Positions 1-14,853 of a stretch of DNA of 64,000 nucleotides are shown one piece after another. Location of the stretch: assembly GCF_009914755.1 (NCBI RefSeq), contig NC_060925.1, one strand, 5' to 3'. Below the pieces are notes generated by a model. That model saw only the letters and a program-made list of their open reading frames with translations. It was not told the DNA's origin and searched no databases. Source of the stretch: the human T2T-CHM13v2.0 reference genome, Homo sapiens. A program made the translations under genes and the position numbers. The stretch's first letter is position 1, and each line of letters opens with the position of its first letter.

Positions 1-1941
1 AAAATGAATGCAGGAATGACACCAAAGACCGGCTAGCTTCCACAGCCCTTTGCAGGATGCTCTGAACTTGCTGAGCCCTTTCACACCCGCCACCTGGTCC
101 CTGTTGACCCACCAGCTGTATGCAGCTGACTATCTTCACCAGCTCCTTGAACAAGAATTTCCATTTCCAAGGCCAGGGTGGGGGAGGCTGCAACATTTTT
201 TGCCAGAGAATCCAAAGAGCACATGAGTCAGCTGCCTGGGTGAAGGCCCAGATCCCTGTGGCGGGTCAGCCAGAGAGCAGGAGCTGGCCCTGAAGAGGGG
301 AAGGGGGAAGAAAGAAACCCAGAGGGCTCAGAGAGCACAGGACCCTGCCCACGTGGGCCACTCTGCAGAGGCCAGGCCCAAGGCTGAGTTGGGCCTCCCA
401 CACAGACATGGAATGAGAAGGCTGTCAGTGCAGGACAGGGTGAGGACACACTCAGCGGGCACGGCTTTCTCCCCTAACAGCCACTCCACCCAGGGGCCAG
501 AAACTGACTTCACCTCTGCACTGAATTCCTCCCCCCACGTCTCCCTCCTCCCACCCATCTTCCTCCTGGTGCTTCCAGCAGAGCCAAGAAGGCTTCGCCC
601 CACCTATTCCCCTCCTGCTGACACGGACCCCCCACACACACACCCAAGGAACAGGAATACCAAAAGTGATACTACCAGAGTGAAGCGTGTCCTGCAGACA
701 TTATCTCTTTAATCCTAACTATAATAGTCCCTATTTCAGAGATGAGGCAAATGTGAGAAAACAAGTAACTTTCCCAAGAACACACAACCAAGAAAAAAGA
801 AAGCCAAGATTCAAGTGCAAGTCTGCCTGGGGGTCTGGAGCCGGCTCCCCTGCTGCCCCCTGCCATCCCTCCCTTCCACTCCCACAGCCCCATTTTCCAC
901 CCAGAAGCCCTCCTGGAAGCAACCCTCACCCCCAGGCCCCGTTATTCTAAGTCCAGTTGTTCACAATTCATTCTACAAGCCCTCATGTAATGGAATGCTA
1001 AAATAGAACTTTGTCACCAGCTCCTTTTTTATGTTGGCCTCAAAGCTGGGGACAAAGGGCATTAAGTTTCTATATATTCTTAAGAGAGGCTTTTGACCAT
1101 CTATGGAGAAATTTCTAGGTGGGAGGTGAACCAAAAACACAGTTCAGTGACTTTATCTACCCCTCACCTCAAGGAAGGGAAAGGCTGGGGACTGCTCAGA
1201 GAGGGCGGGGTGAGGGCGCCACGTGCTGCCCGTCCTCACCTCCACGAAGGAGGGCAAGTTTCCTCCTTCCCCCTTCAACCAAGTGAGAGGAGCTGTAAGA
1301 GAACCCCTCAGAGAGCGTGAGCTGTGTCCTGTAGAATTGGGGGATACAGGAAATTCTTCCTGACTCACACCTATAAAAGTCCAAAGGCAAGAGGCTGCCT
1401 GCCCCAAAGCAGATGAGGAGGGGCGTCTGTGAGAGGCCTGAGGCTGAAGCCGATTGATGTTGGAGCAATGCTGGGGTCCTGTGGCCAGACAGGGATCCCC
1501 ACAAAGGGAGCCTGCCTACAGGACAGGGCCACCCCGCAAGGAGTCTGTGTGGAGACTTCTCCTGGAAGCCAGGGGCAGGGGCCGGGAGGCCACCTGAAGA
1601 AGGCAGCAGCTACATCAGGAGATCATGAGCTGGGGAGCCCACCCCAGGGGTCAGCGTTCAAGCATCCACCACCCAAGGAGGCCACCAAGGCCAGATTGTA
1701 AACACGCCAGTGAGAAGACCTTTGTGAGCACTGCCTCTCCTCCTGCTTCCCCCACTTACAAGAGCCAGAGGACACATGGTGTGGGGAAGGAGAGCTGAAA
1801 GGACAGAGGGGAGACAGTGAAGAAGCTACCCACATGCCCTTCCCCGCTGCAGGGCAAAAGCCAGTCCAGGCAAGAGAGGGCCTTTGAGAAGACGAGATTG
1901 AACTTCAGGCCGGACTTTTCACAGCCTGAAAATTGAGGCCT

Positions 1942-2504
<563 letters not shown>

Positions 2505-3716
2505 TCATCAGGACTGAGCCCTCATTGCCTTCCTGAGATCATGACTGGTGGACACCCTCTGCCCAGCACCTGCAGTCTGAGACCTGTCTGTTGGGCCTGA
2601 TCTCAAGTATTCGATCCACCTCCTTGCCTCAGAGCTGAACTCATCTTCCAAGATTTGTGTGGGTCAGAATACAACGTAAAAACACCTTGCACAGGAACTC
2701 TCTCCCCTGCCCTTATTCCACAACCCTCCACAATGTGAAAGTATGTTCATCCATCCCGCAAAGATTTACTGAGTACCCACCATGTGGCAGGTCCTGTGCT
2801 AAATGAAGACGAGGGTGGCACGGTCCCTCACACTGAAGAGCCTTTGGTCTAGATAACAGGAGTGGGGGGAGTAGAAGAAAGGCGAAGTGGAGGGGGACAG
2901 GCTTGTACACTGATCCTTTCACTAGGGTGTGCTAAGGGCAACTGTAGAGGACTATATTGGGTACAATAGGAGAGAAGAACAGGGACCTGAGATGTCACCA
3001 AGGAGGTCCCATTTGAGCTAGGTATGGAAGGCAGGGGGTGGAGGAGGATACAAAGAGACAGAATAAATTGCATGAACAGATCATGGAGGTGCAAAAGGGC
3101 ATGGCAAGATCAGGAGACCAGGCAAGTGTCTGGCATGTGTGCCATGCTCCCTCTTTCTGCCAGCAGGGGGTGTCCTTAGCAAACCGCAGGGAGGCCGGTG
3201 CATTTGGCGCCATAGAAATGGGGCTAGTGGATGTTTTATCCCCACTTTGGTGCTTGGCAAACACCACTCACCACAATAATCAGTATTTCTACACAAAGGA
3301 AGCATATCCCCCTATTAATACAACTTCAACATCCTCTTTGTAAAATATTAATACTGGCTTTATTATGCTATGGTGCATTTTGTTTGTTTCCACTTTAATC
3401 TTTCAAACATCATAATCTGTTATTCCTCTGCCTGAGCCATCAGGCCAAATAACACCTTGCACTCACACGTTGTTATAACCCCAAACTTCTCTACACATAA
3501 CTGAAGCAAAGGTTTCTTTTGTCTCTAAAAATATCTCTGCCCAAGGCACAGATCCAGGCCTAGGGAAGGGGGCAAATTGATGAAAAAATAAACAGAAGAA
3601 AAGACTGAGGCAAAATTGAGGAGGGCCTTGGGTGCAAGCCTGAGGAGTTAGATCTTGTTCTATGGGCATTATAGGAAGTCAATATAGGATTTTAAGCTAC
3701 AGACCAGTTTTATTAG

Positions 3717-4100
<384 letters not shown>

Positions 4101-4771
4101 TGAGAAGTCTAGCTCAGTCTTTTCCTTACAGGGCAGGGCTGCCCATCACTGGGACAATGTGACTTGAGATTTGACCCTAAAGAAGAGCAGAGGGGTCTGG
4201 CTTCTGCTCCAGCCAGCTGTTGTTCAAACATCTGGCCATCAGTTTCTCCCTTGGCAATCCCAGCACTCTGCTAGACCCCTCAGGCCTCTCCGCAGGCAAG
4301 ACCACGACGATTGGAGACTGGGTGGTCAACAGGGGGAGCCAAAGGACCGGTAGTGGCAGCCCAAGGCTGGCCCGGTCTCCTGCCACGTGGAGGAAAAGGT
4401 AGATGCCAGTGTCCAGGGCCCGGGGCAGCCTGACCCTGTGGGCTCCCTCATTCCCAGGCCCAAGCCCTGACCTCAAATGGGAGAACCAAAAAAAAAGGTG
4501 GGGGGAAAGTCTCATTTTTATTCCCAAATTTGAGGCAGGAGGCTGGGGAGATTGACACCCACACTCACAGATTTTTTTTTTTAAGGTTCTCAGTTTCTTG
4601 GAAAGTTTTTTTGTCTGTTTGTTGTTGTTTGAGGCAGAGTCTAGCTTTGTATTTTTTTAATGGTGCTTTTTGATTAACACAAATTTTTCATTTAAATGCA
4701 GTAAAGCGTTTTCTGGGCTATGTTCTTTTTCTTCTTGCTTAAGGAAACCTTCACCACCCCCAAGGTCATAA

Positions 4772-5197
<426 letters not shown>

Positions 5198-5947
5198 TAG
5201 ATTTGTATTTTCCTAAACTAACACTGTGGCTCTGAGCTGCACACAAAGGGCACCAGTCAAAACATAAAACATAGTCCAGCGCTGAGCTCCAGCCACAGAA
5301 CAATCTGTAATAACTCACACTCTTAATAACTTCACAGCTAAAAGCGGTATTTATTAACGTATTTGCACAAGCAATCTGTAACTAGGGGGAGGAAAGGATA
5401 CCCAGGATGTCAAGAAGTAAGGGACATTAGCAAAAGTTGAACATCAGCAGGAAGGATCTGTGTGTTGTCATCAAAATGGTAATTATGCCTTCATAGGAAA
5501 ATTTGGTAGGAAAATAGTAATGCCTGTTTTTGGGGGAAAGGGAGGTGTGCACTAAAAGGAGTTTGGACCCATTCCTGGGAGTGGTTTCCTCAGGACAGAC
5601 TATTAGTAAGTCTCTTCCCTCACCTAAGAGACTAAGAGCAGGCACATGGGGCTTTTTGCTTGGCTGGAGATTTGAAATTTTTGTGTTTTATTTGATGTTT
5701 TGCAGTGTTTTTCTAATTTTTTTCAAAATATATTAAATACACAGTTCCAGTGTTTTTTAATGCAATAAATTCTGAAAACATTTACATATAAAACAGGTAT
5801 TCACCCCAGTATTTTATTAATGCAGGAAACAAATACCAAGATACAGGTATTGACATTTTGCTCCCATAAAACAACCGCTAAGAATGAGCCCTCCTAATCT
5901 CAACGTTTTTCTGTTGCTACAAGGTTTTCTGTGTGTTTACTCTCCAC

Positions 5948-6120
5948 TTTTATTTGAGATTCAGAGGGTACATGTGCAGTTTTGTTACAAGGGTATATTG
6001 TGTGATGCTGATATTTGGAGTATGCTAACTGTCCTATCACCCAGATAGTGAGCAACCACTGAAGTTAACCAACTTTAACCAAAACAGCATGGTGCTTGTG
6101 CAAAAACAGACACATACACT
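5948..6120. mobile_element. Small L1 fragment with apparent inversion
   Basis: Reverse L1 3' end (5948-6055) joined to a forward ORF2 piece aaccaaaacagcatggt...aaaaacagacacata. Confidence 0.55.
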
Positions 6121-7484
6121 AATGTTGCTATAATCAAAGCTGCAGTTAGGACAGGGCTTCTGGAGTGGAGGGATGAAAGCAGCGGGGTCGGAAGTGGGTG
6201 TATCCTGGGGGAGCCAGGAAAGTACAGAAGGAAAGGGGAGTCTGCAGTGGAGGACATGGGACAAGCCAGACTTGGAGAATTGCCAGAGCATGGCATTTGT
6301 TGTCGGGTGTGCTGGCAACAGGGCAAGAGCAAGAGAAGGAACCAAGGCCTTGGTGGGTTCCCAGGAGACAGGGTAGAACTAGGCCTCATGGCTGACCCCT
6401 CAGCCTTCTCACCATCAGGACCTGAGGTCCCAGCTGGTCCCTGCTCAGGGCTTCCTGTGAATAGAAACTTCCTTCTCTGCTCCAAGCACCCACCAGCTGC
6501 CAGCCCAGTGAGCAGTGCCATCCAGTGGCAGTCAACACCCTAATACAGACAACACGTGCACACTAGGAGAAGTTTTCCATTGCATCCCTAGGATAACTAT
6601 ACAACCAAAGGGCACCCCGGACACCTAGTGGGGTGGTGGAGAGGACCTGCCTCTGATGCATATGGTGGAAGGGGCAGATTCATGCCATTGGGTCAAACAA
6701 AAGCAGTAGAATGACAAACGGTACACTCTCCATGAGTATAACAATGCAAAAGCCAGACACAGGGAAGATAACATGAAAACCCAACTGGAAATCACTGTTA
6801 GGATGGTAGAATTTTGAATTTTTTGTGTTTTTATTTTTGTATCTGTCATGGCGTCTTTTCAAATTTTCTAAGTTTATTGCCCCACGCAATAGACTTCCCT
6901 TCTCTCAAGAAAGGCCAAGCTGACTGCCCACCATAGAGGGCAAATCTGCTTGCACCCCAACCACCAGCCCCTTGTCCAGGAACACTCACATCCTCCCCAG
7001 GCGGCAGGCTTCACCGGGCGCCTTTCACTCCATGCCCGCCCTCCCAAACCCCATCCAGCTCCATCACTTCTCCCTCTGCCCAGATCCTCCTAGAAGTGTC
7101 CCAGGCAGCCTCTCCCCCTGACTGTTCCCTCGTCCCCAGGTGTTCAAGATGAACAGATGGTCCAAGGAGCAATGGATTCATTTCTCCACTATGCTGGGCT
7201 CAGCCGGCTCGACTCTATTGTTTTTCTTATTGTTTTCTTCAAAATAATAACCACACAGGGTGACAAACTGAATTTTACATTCTCTTGTTCCACCCCTCCC
7301 TACCCACAGTCCCTGTGGCAAATTTTTTTTCTTTTTTTTCCATTGTTGAGGTCAGGTTTTAGGATACCACAGTGACAAGACTGACGGGGCCCTGCCCTTG
7401 CAAAGTCCACAGTCTAGATGGAATCTTTGTTGTTTTGTTGGTTTTTTGGTTTTGGGGGTTTTGTTTGTTTGTTTTTGTTTTTGT

Positions 7485-7770
7485 TTTGAGACAGGGTCTC
7501 TCTGTCACCCCGGCTGGAGTGCAGTGGTGCAATCACGACTCACTGCAGTCCCTAACTTGTGGGCCAAGCAATCTTCCCACCTCAGCCTCTGGAGTAGCTG
7601 GGACCACAGTTGCGTGCCACCACACCCAGCTAATATTTTTTATTTTTTGTAGAGGCGGGATCTTACTATGTTCCCTAGGCTGATCTTGAACTCCTGGGCT
7701 CAAGCAATCCTCCCAACTCAGCCTCCCAAAGTGCTGAGATTTACAGGTGTGAGTCACCAAGCCCAGCCAG
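7485..7770 (-). mobile_element. AluJ-like
   Basis: Reverse Alu consensus. Confidence 0.9.
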
Positions 7771-8048
7771 TGTATCTTCACTTAAAGATGACAAAATTAA
7801 GGATCAGAGTGGTTAAGTAGCTTGCCCATGGTCATGTCTCTAGCAATGGCACAGGGAGGATTTGAACCTGATTCCACCTTATTCCAAAATCTGAGCTCTA
7901 ACCAGTATGCTCTACTGCACCCCTACTACTGAGCCTGTGTGGATCACTGTGCCAGGGGAGGTTCCCATGCAGACAGACAGGTTCAGGTGAAGACAGACAG
8001 GTAAACAGGTGGTTATGATCAGGTGCTGTTGTAGAAGTATGACAACAT

Positions 8049-8352
8049 GGCCGGGCGCGGTGGCTCACGCCTGTAATCCCAGCACTTTGGGAGGCCGAGG
8101 CGGGCAGATCACGAGGTCAAGAGATGGAGACCATCCTGGCTAACAAGGTGAAACCCCGTCTCTACTAAAAATACAAAAATTAGCCGGGCGTGGTAGCGTG
8201 CACCTGTATTCCCAGCTACTCAGGAGGCTGAGGCAGGAGAATCGCTTGAACCCGGGAGGCGGAAGTTGCAGGGAGGCGGAAGTTGCAGTGAGCCGAGATT
8301 GCACCACTGCACCCCAGCCTGGTGACAAAGCGAGACTCCATCTAAAAAAAAA
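8049..8352 (+). mobile_element. Alu with an internal 17-bp duplication
   Basis: Alu consensus. Confidence 0.95.
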
Positions 8353-10193
8353 GAACCACCTCCACCTCCTTCCCTCTGCACCCACCTGCCCTGTGAGGTG
8401 TGCCGGCCTCCAGGCAGGGTGGGCACCCATTGGGCACTGGAGGCGTAGCCCTGAGGGCCCAACAAAATGATTAACTTTTGTTTCTTTTACAAGCAGAGAA
8501 ATTTGAACATAATCATAATGAATCTATCATAGTGAATTCATCTTGGCTTGTATTTGTCTTTATACCAATGCAGTCATGAAATGTTATTTTTAATATTTTT
8601 CTATGAAGGAAAGCGCCCACAGAGCCAAAAGTGCTGGGGCCTGTGGAAGTCATAAGGCCCTAGGTAACCCATGAGGAACTCAGTCTCAGGCTTTGCATGC
8701 TGCAGAGAATGATCAGAATTGGAGGGCCCATCCCTCCCTTCTCCTGGGTGTAGGACTGCACCGCCACCTGAAGCCTTCAGAGCCACGAAGCCTGGCTCAG
8801 GAAAGCTGCATCTGCACTCTTCAGTGCCAGGGAACTAAAGCCTGGGGCTTCCTATGCGAGGTGCAGAGCTCCCAGAGGAGCAGGCACACAGACCATGACA
8901 GGAGGCGGGGTAAGAGGCATTCATTGAAAGGTGCATCTGTGTAGGATTCTTCCTAGCTGAAAACCCTAAACTGAGCCTGGAGGCAGGAGAGGGGCTTTCT
9001 GATGCTGTGGCTCTTCCTTCCTGTGGAGGAGGACTGGAAAGGGGTCCCTTGGGGCCCTCCCCAGCCTCCCTCATTCTTCTGGACAGAGGGCTGGGCTGCT
9101 GTCCCCTGGACTTGGGGAGGACACAGGCAGGGAAGCTGGGTGCTCAGAGGACAGAGAAAGGATCTCCTTGGACAGCCCACTGAGCAATGGCAAGTGGCTC
9201 GCCAGGTTTCTCCTTCTCTGCTCCCTGCTCTCTTGTCACACCCTTCCTGGTATGAAGCAAGACAAGCTCCGGTAGTGAGCCCCTCCCTGACTCCCTCGCC
9301 CTAGGCACTGCCTATAATGGGGTGGGGCAAAACAGCTCCCTTCTCCCAGCTTCCTCTTCAGGCTCCACTGGGTCTGTCCCTGCTCACCACCTGGACTAGG
9401 TCCCTAGGTGTCAGGACAGCTGGAGCTGTCTCCAGGTGTGTCATCATCACTGGCATCCTGGCCACCCAGGAGCCATACCTAGGCATCCTAGACCCCCTCT
9501 CTAGGCTCCATCCTACCTCCTCCCACCCTGTTACCCTATAGCCAACAAACCCTGCATGTTCATCCTTGGGCACACGTCTGCCCTCTTCCTGCTACCCTAC
9601 TCCACCCCAGGTCACATCCTCATTCTCTCACCGACCCAGGGCACCAGCCTCCTGGCGGGGGGCTCTGCCTCCACTCCAGGACCCCTTCTCCAGGCTCCAG
9701 GTCTCCTTGAAGTCCAGGTTTTCATCACATCACCATTCTGTTCAACCTTCACCTACTTCACGGCTTAGAGATGAGGCTTTCAAACATCTGTTTATTCCTA
9801 GAACCTTTCTTTAAAATAAAACCTTATGAGGAAGCCTGATATATGAAAAATACAGGGCTCTGGCTGAAATGGGGTAAGGGACCAGGAGTCTCACCCACGT
9901 GAGCCACTACCCCCTCAAGAGGAAGCCCTTAAGTTGCCTCTGAAGATCCACTAGAGCTCTTGAAGTTCCTATTAGTATCCTATTATTAGTGGGGACAAAA
10001 CTAAAGTGATAGTGCCTGAGGCTGTTAGGGATGCCAGGAAAGGCTGCTCTCATTTACTACTAATGTGAAGTGTGAATTGCTATTGCTGTTTTGGAAAACA
10101 ATGTAGCAATAGCTATTTAAATTAAATATACATATGCCCTGCAACCCAGCAGTTTCACTCCTGGGAATCTGTGCCATAGAAATAAAAGCACCA

Positions 10194-10500
<307 letters not shown>

Positions 10501-10815
10501 AATGAAATGAAAGCATCAGTCCTTAAGGATGTGTTATAAAGATGTTTACTCAGCAATAGTATTATTAGTTGTAGTGAAAAAAAATTAGAGCAGGAAAGGC
10601 CCATGACTAGGGAAATAGGAAATGATCAGATCAATTGTGGTGCTTCCATACTTTGGAATAATAATATATAGCCATTAAAAAGAATGATTTAGATCTATCT
10701 CTATCAGTTGACTTGAAGAAATGTTCACGATAAACAAAGAAGAAATAAAATGCAGAAAGTATACATCATGATCCCATTTTTATAATGCAACTACATTATA
10801 TAAAAATACCTCTTA

Positions 10816-11135
10816 GGCCGGGTGCTGTGGCTCACACCTGTAATCCCAGCACTTTGGGAAGGCCGAGGTGGGCAGATCACCTGAGATCAGGAGTTCAAGA
10901 CCAGCCTGGCCGACATGGCAAAACCCCTTCTCTACAAAAAACACTAAAACTAGCCGGGTGTGGTGGTGGGTGCCTGTAATCCCAGCTACTCGGGGGGCTG
11001 AGGCAGGAGAAATCATCTGAATCCGGGAGGCGGAGGCTGCAGCGAGCTGAGATCGCGCCACTGCACTCCAGCCTGGGCAACAGAGAGAGACCTTGTCTCA
11101 AAAAAAACAAAAAACAAAAAACAAAAAAAACAAAA
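10816..11135 (+). mobile_element. AluS
   Basis: Alu consensus. Confidence 0.95.
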
Positions 11136-11495
11136 CTCTTATATGTGAAACTACATTTATGTATAGTGACATGATCATAAAGAAAGCTATGAAAGAATGT
11201 GTTATAATCTATTAACGTTGGTTATTTGAGTGTAGGGAAATAAAACAGTCCATTTCAGTGAACTTTTCAATGCTCCAGTAAAAGCTCTACCTGACCTCCC
11301 AAAATTCTTCACATACCTTGAGAATTAGGATTTATAGCCATTTGTGTAGTTAACTGCATGATCCAAAAGGATGGTAAAACTTCTCTTATCTCCAGAAGAG
11401 AGATTAAATGCTCACCACCTGTAAGTCCCTAGGTTAAACCAGTGCCTAGAAGACTAGATAGAGTACTATCTCCCTAGGGATTTACACTTCAAAAG

Positions 11496-11815
11496 GGCCA
11501 GGTGGATGGCTCAAGCCTGTAATCCCAGCATTTTGGAAGGCTAAGGCAGGCTGATTGTCTGAGGCCAGGCGTTCGAGACCAGCCTGGCCAACATGGTGAA
11601 ACTCCGTCTCTACCAAAAATACAAAAATTAGCCAGGCCTGGTGGCGGGCGCCTATAATCTCAGCTATTCGGAAGGCTGAGGCAGGAGAATCACTTGCACC
11701 CAGGAGGCAGAGTTTGCAGTGAGCCGAGATCATGCCACTGCACTCCAGCCTGGATGACAGAGCAAGACTCTGTCTCAAAAAAAAAAAAAGAAAGAAAGAA
11801 AAGAAAAAATAAAAA
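11496..11815 (+). mobile_element. AluS
   Basis: Alu consensus. Confidence 0.95.
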
Positions 11816-11829
11816 CAAACAGTGCCTCT

Positions 11830-12190
11830 AAAAATATCACTGCCTTCAAAAGGAAGGAAACCCTGTCACATGCTACAATATGGATGAGCCTTGAGGAGAA
11901 AAAGACAAATACTGTATGATTCCACTTATATGAGGTATCTAATGCAGCCAAATTCATAGAGACAGGAAGTGGAATGGTGGTGGCCAGGGGCTGGAGAGAG
12001 GGGGAATGAGGTGCTATTGTTTCATGGGGGTAGACTTTCAGTTCCTTAACATGAAAAGAGTTCTGGAGATTGTATTGCACAACACTGTGAATGTACTTAA
12101 CACCACTGAACTGTATACTTAGAGATGGTTAAGATGGTACATTTTATGTGATGAGTCTTTACCACAATAAAAAATAAAAATAAAAAATTT
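11830..12190 (+). mobile_element. L1MB-like 3' end
   Basis: aaaaggaaggaaa...acatgctacaatatggatga...aataaa tail. Confidence 0.75.
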
Positions 12191-12438
12191 TAAATATCAC
12201 CAATAAATCACCATGTATTATATGATCCCATATATGAAAAATCATATATTTAAAAACAGATGCATAAAAGGATATAATCAAACCAACGGTTATTTCATGG
12301 AGATAGGACTTCAGATGACTTCTTTTTCTTTATATTTTAAAATATTTTTCAAATTCTTTACCATCACTAAGTTTATTGATATAATAAGGGAGGAAAGTAT
12401 TTTCACTGAGAAAAATAAATAGACAAAAATAAGCATCG

Positions 12439-12735
12439 GGCCGGACACGGTGGCTCATACCTGCAATCCCAACACTTTGGGAGGCAGAAGCAGGCAGATT
12501 GTTTGAGGCCAGGAGTTTGAGACCAGCCCAGGCAACATAGTGAAACTTTGTCTCAACAAAAAATTTTAAAAATTAACCAGGTGTGGCAGCATGCACTTGT
12601 AGTCCCAGGTACTTGGGAAACTGAGGCAGGAGGATCGTTTGACCCAGGAGCTTGAAGTTGCAGTGACACATGATAGCATCATTGCACTCCAGCCTGGGCA
12701 ACAGAGCAAGACCCCATCTCAAAGAAAAAAAATAA
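12439..12735 (+). mobile_element. AluJ-like
   Basis: Alu consensus. Confidence 0.9.
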
Positions 12736-13137
12736 ACCATCGATAGACAAGTTGGAAGGAAGCCACTGGTCTACAGAATGATGTCTGGAGCCCCCCTTTC
12801 ACCTCCTCCTCCACTTTACCCTGAGCTGCATCTCCAGCCAGAATACCTACGCCTCCCCATCTCCCTGCCAGGCTGAACTGCTCTCCTCATCATCCCCGCA
12901 ACCCAGAGCTAGACTCCTCTGACTGGCTGTGATCCTCACTGAATTAAGCCACCAAATTACTTTCCCTCTTTGGGATTCCAGCACTGATGCTAGATGGAGG
13001 AAGGAGAAGCCATATTATTATTGATTTTTTTTAAAGCACCAAAAACCTTGTATTAGTTTTTTAAATAAATTTTTGGAAGTGTGAACCTCCAAAATTTGAG
13101 ACAGGTCTCAATTAATTTAGAAAGTTTATTCTGCCAG

Positions 13138-13594
<457 letters not shown>

Positions 13595-14853
13595 TCAGGA
13601 GGCACCCGTGACACAGCCTCATGACAGGTCCTGATGACATGTGCCCAAGGTGGTCAGGGCACAGCTTGGTTTTAAACATTTTAGGGAGACATGCGACATC
13701 AATCAATATATTTAAAATGAACATTGGTTAGGTCCGGAAAGGTGGGACAGCTTGAAGCAAGAAGGGGGCGGGGCTTCCAGGTCACAGGTAGATGAGAGAC
13801 AAAGGTTGCATTCTTTTGAGTTTCTGATTAGCCTCTCCAAAGGAGGCAATCAGATATGCATTTATCTCAGTGAGCAGAGGGGTGACTTTGAGTAGAATGG
13901 GAGGCAGGTTTGCCCTGAGCAGTTCCTAGCTTGATTCTTCCTTTTAGCTTAGTGATCTGGGTCCAAGATATATTCCTCTCACTGAAAAAACCACACATAT
14001 AATAGTTAAAGTGAGTGTCCAAGCCAAAAGAGTCTAGGAAGAGGCCCCAGAGCCCTGGCCATAGGCATGCCCCTTACTCTGTTAGCTAAATAACATCCCT
14101 GGGCCTGTTAAATCTACATGCTGCCTTTGTACAAATGAGAAAAAGGTGTCTCATCCTCTAGGCAGAGGTAGCCAGGCACCGAGGTGGTGGCTTAGAAAGC
14201 TCAGCACAGGCTGAATTTCAGCCCTCACTGATTCCCCTAGCATGAGCTTTTTGTGCAGGACACAGATTGGAGGGCTGTTCTCAGCAGCTCTGCCTAGGGT
14301 AACTCCAGGGAGCACAGCCTTAACACTATAGACTAGACCGTCTCTAACATCCCACCCAGCTCTGGTTTATCAGACTTCTTCAATTCCACAGCCTCACTCC
14401 TGAACAAAGCAGTTGGGCTATGTATTTTTGTGAGATACCTATCGCAGCTATTAAATCCATTAAAACCAAGTATCTTAAGTAAACTGAAATGACTTCTGAA
14501 TTGCTGTGGTCAGGCAGTTCCCTCAGGGCGAAGCATGGATCTCAACCATCAGGGCAGCCCCAGCAATAAGGATAGCTCCTGCCACACAGAAGGCACACTC
14601 TGAGTACACATGTATTGAATAAAACAATAAATAATGACAGGATAGGTATCTTGGCCAACCAGAAACATCTCAAAATGCTACATAAAATATGAAAACCTTT
14701 TTAAAGTGCATCAGTGAAACAATCTGGTAAGAAATATTCAGAGGCCAAATGTAAATAAAAACAGAAATCCAGGAAAATTAGAATAGCTTTGAAGCTGGGT
14801 TTTGCTTTGAGGGCATTTGCCAATCTTGGTAAATTGAGTTTCTATTGTCATAG

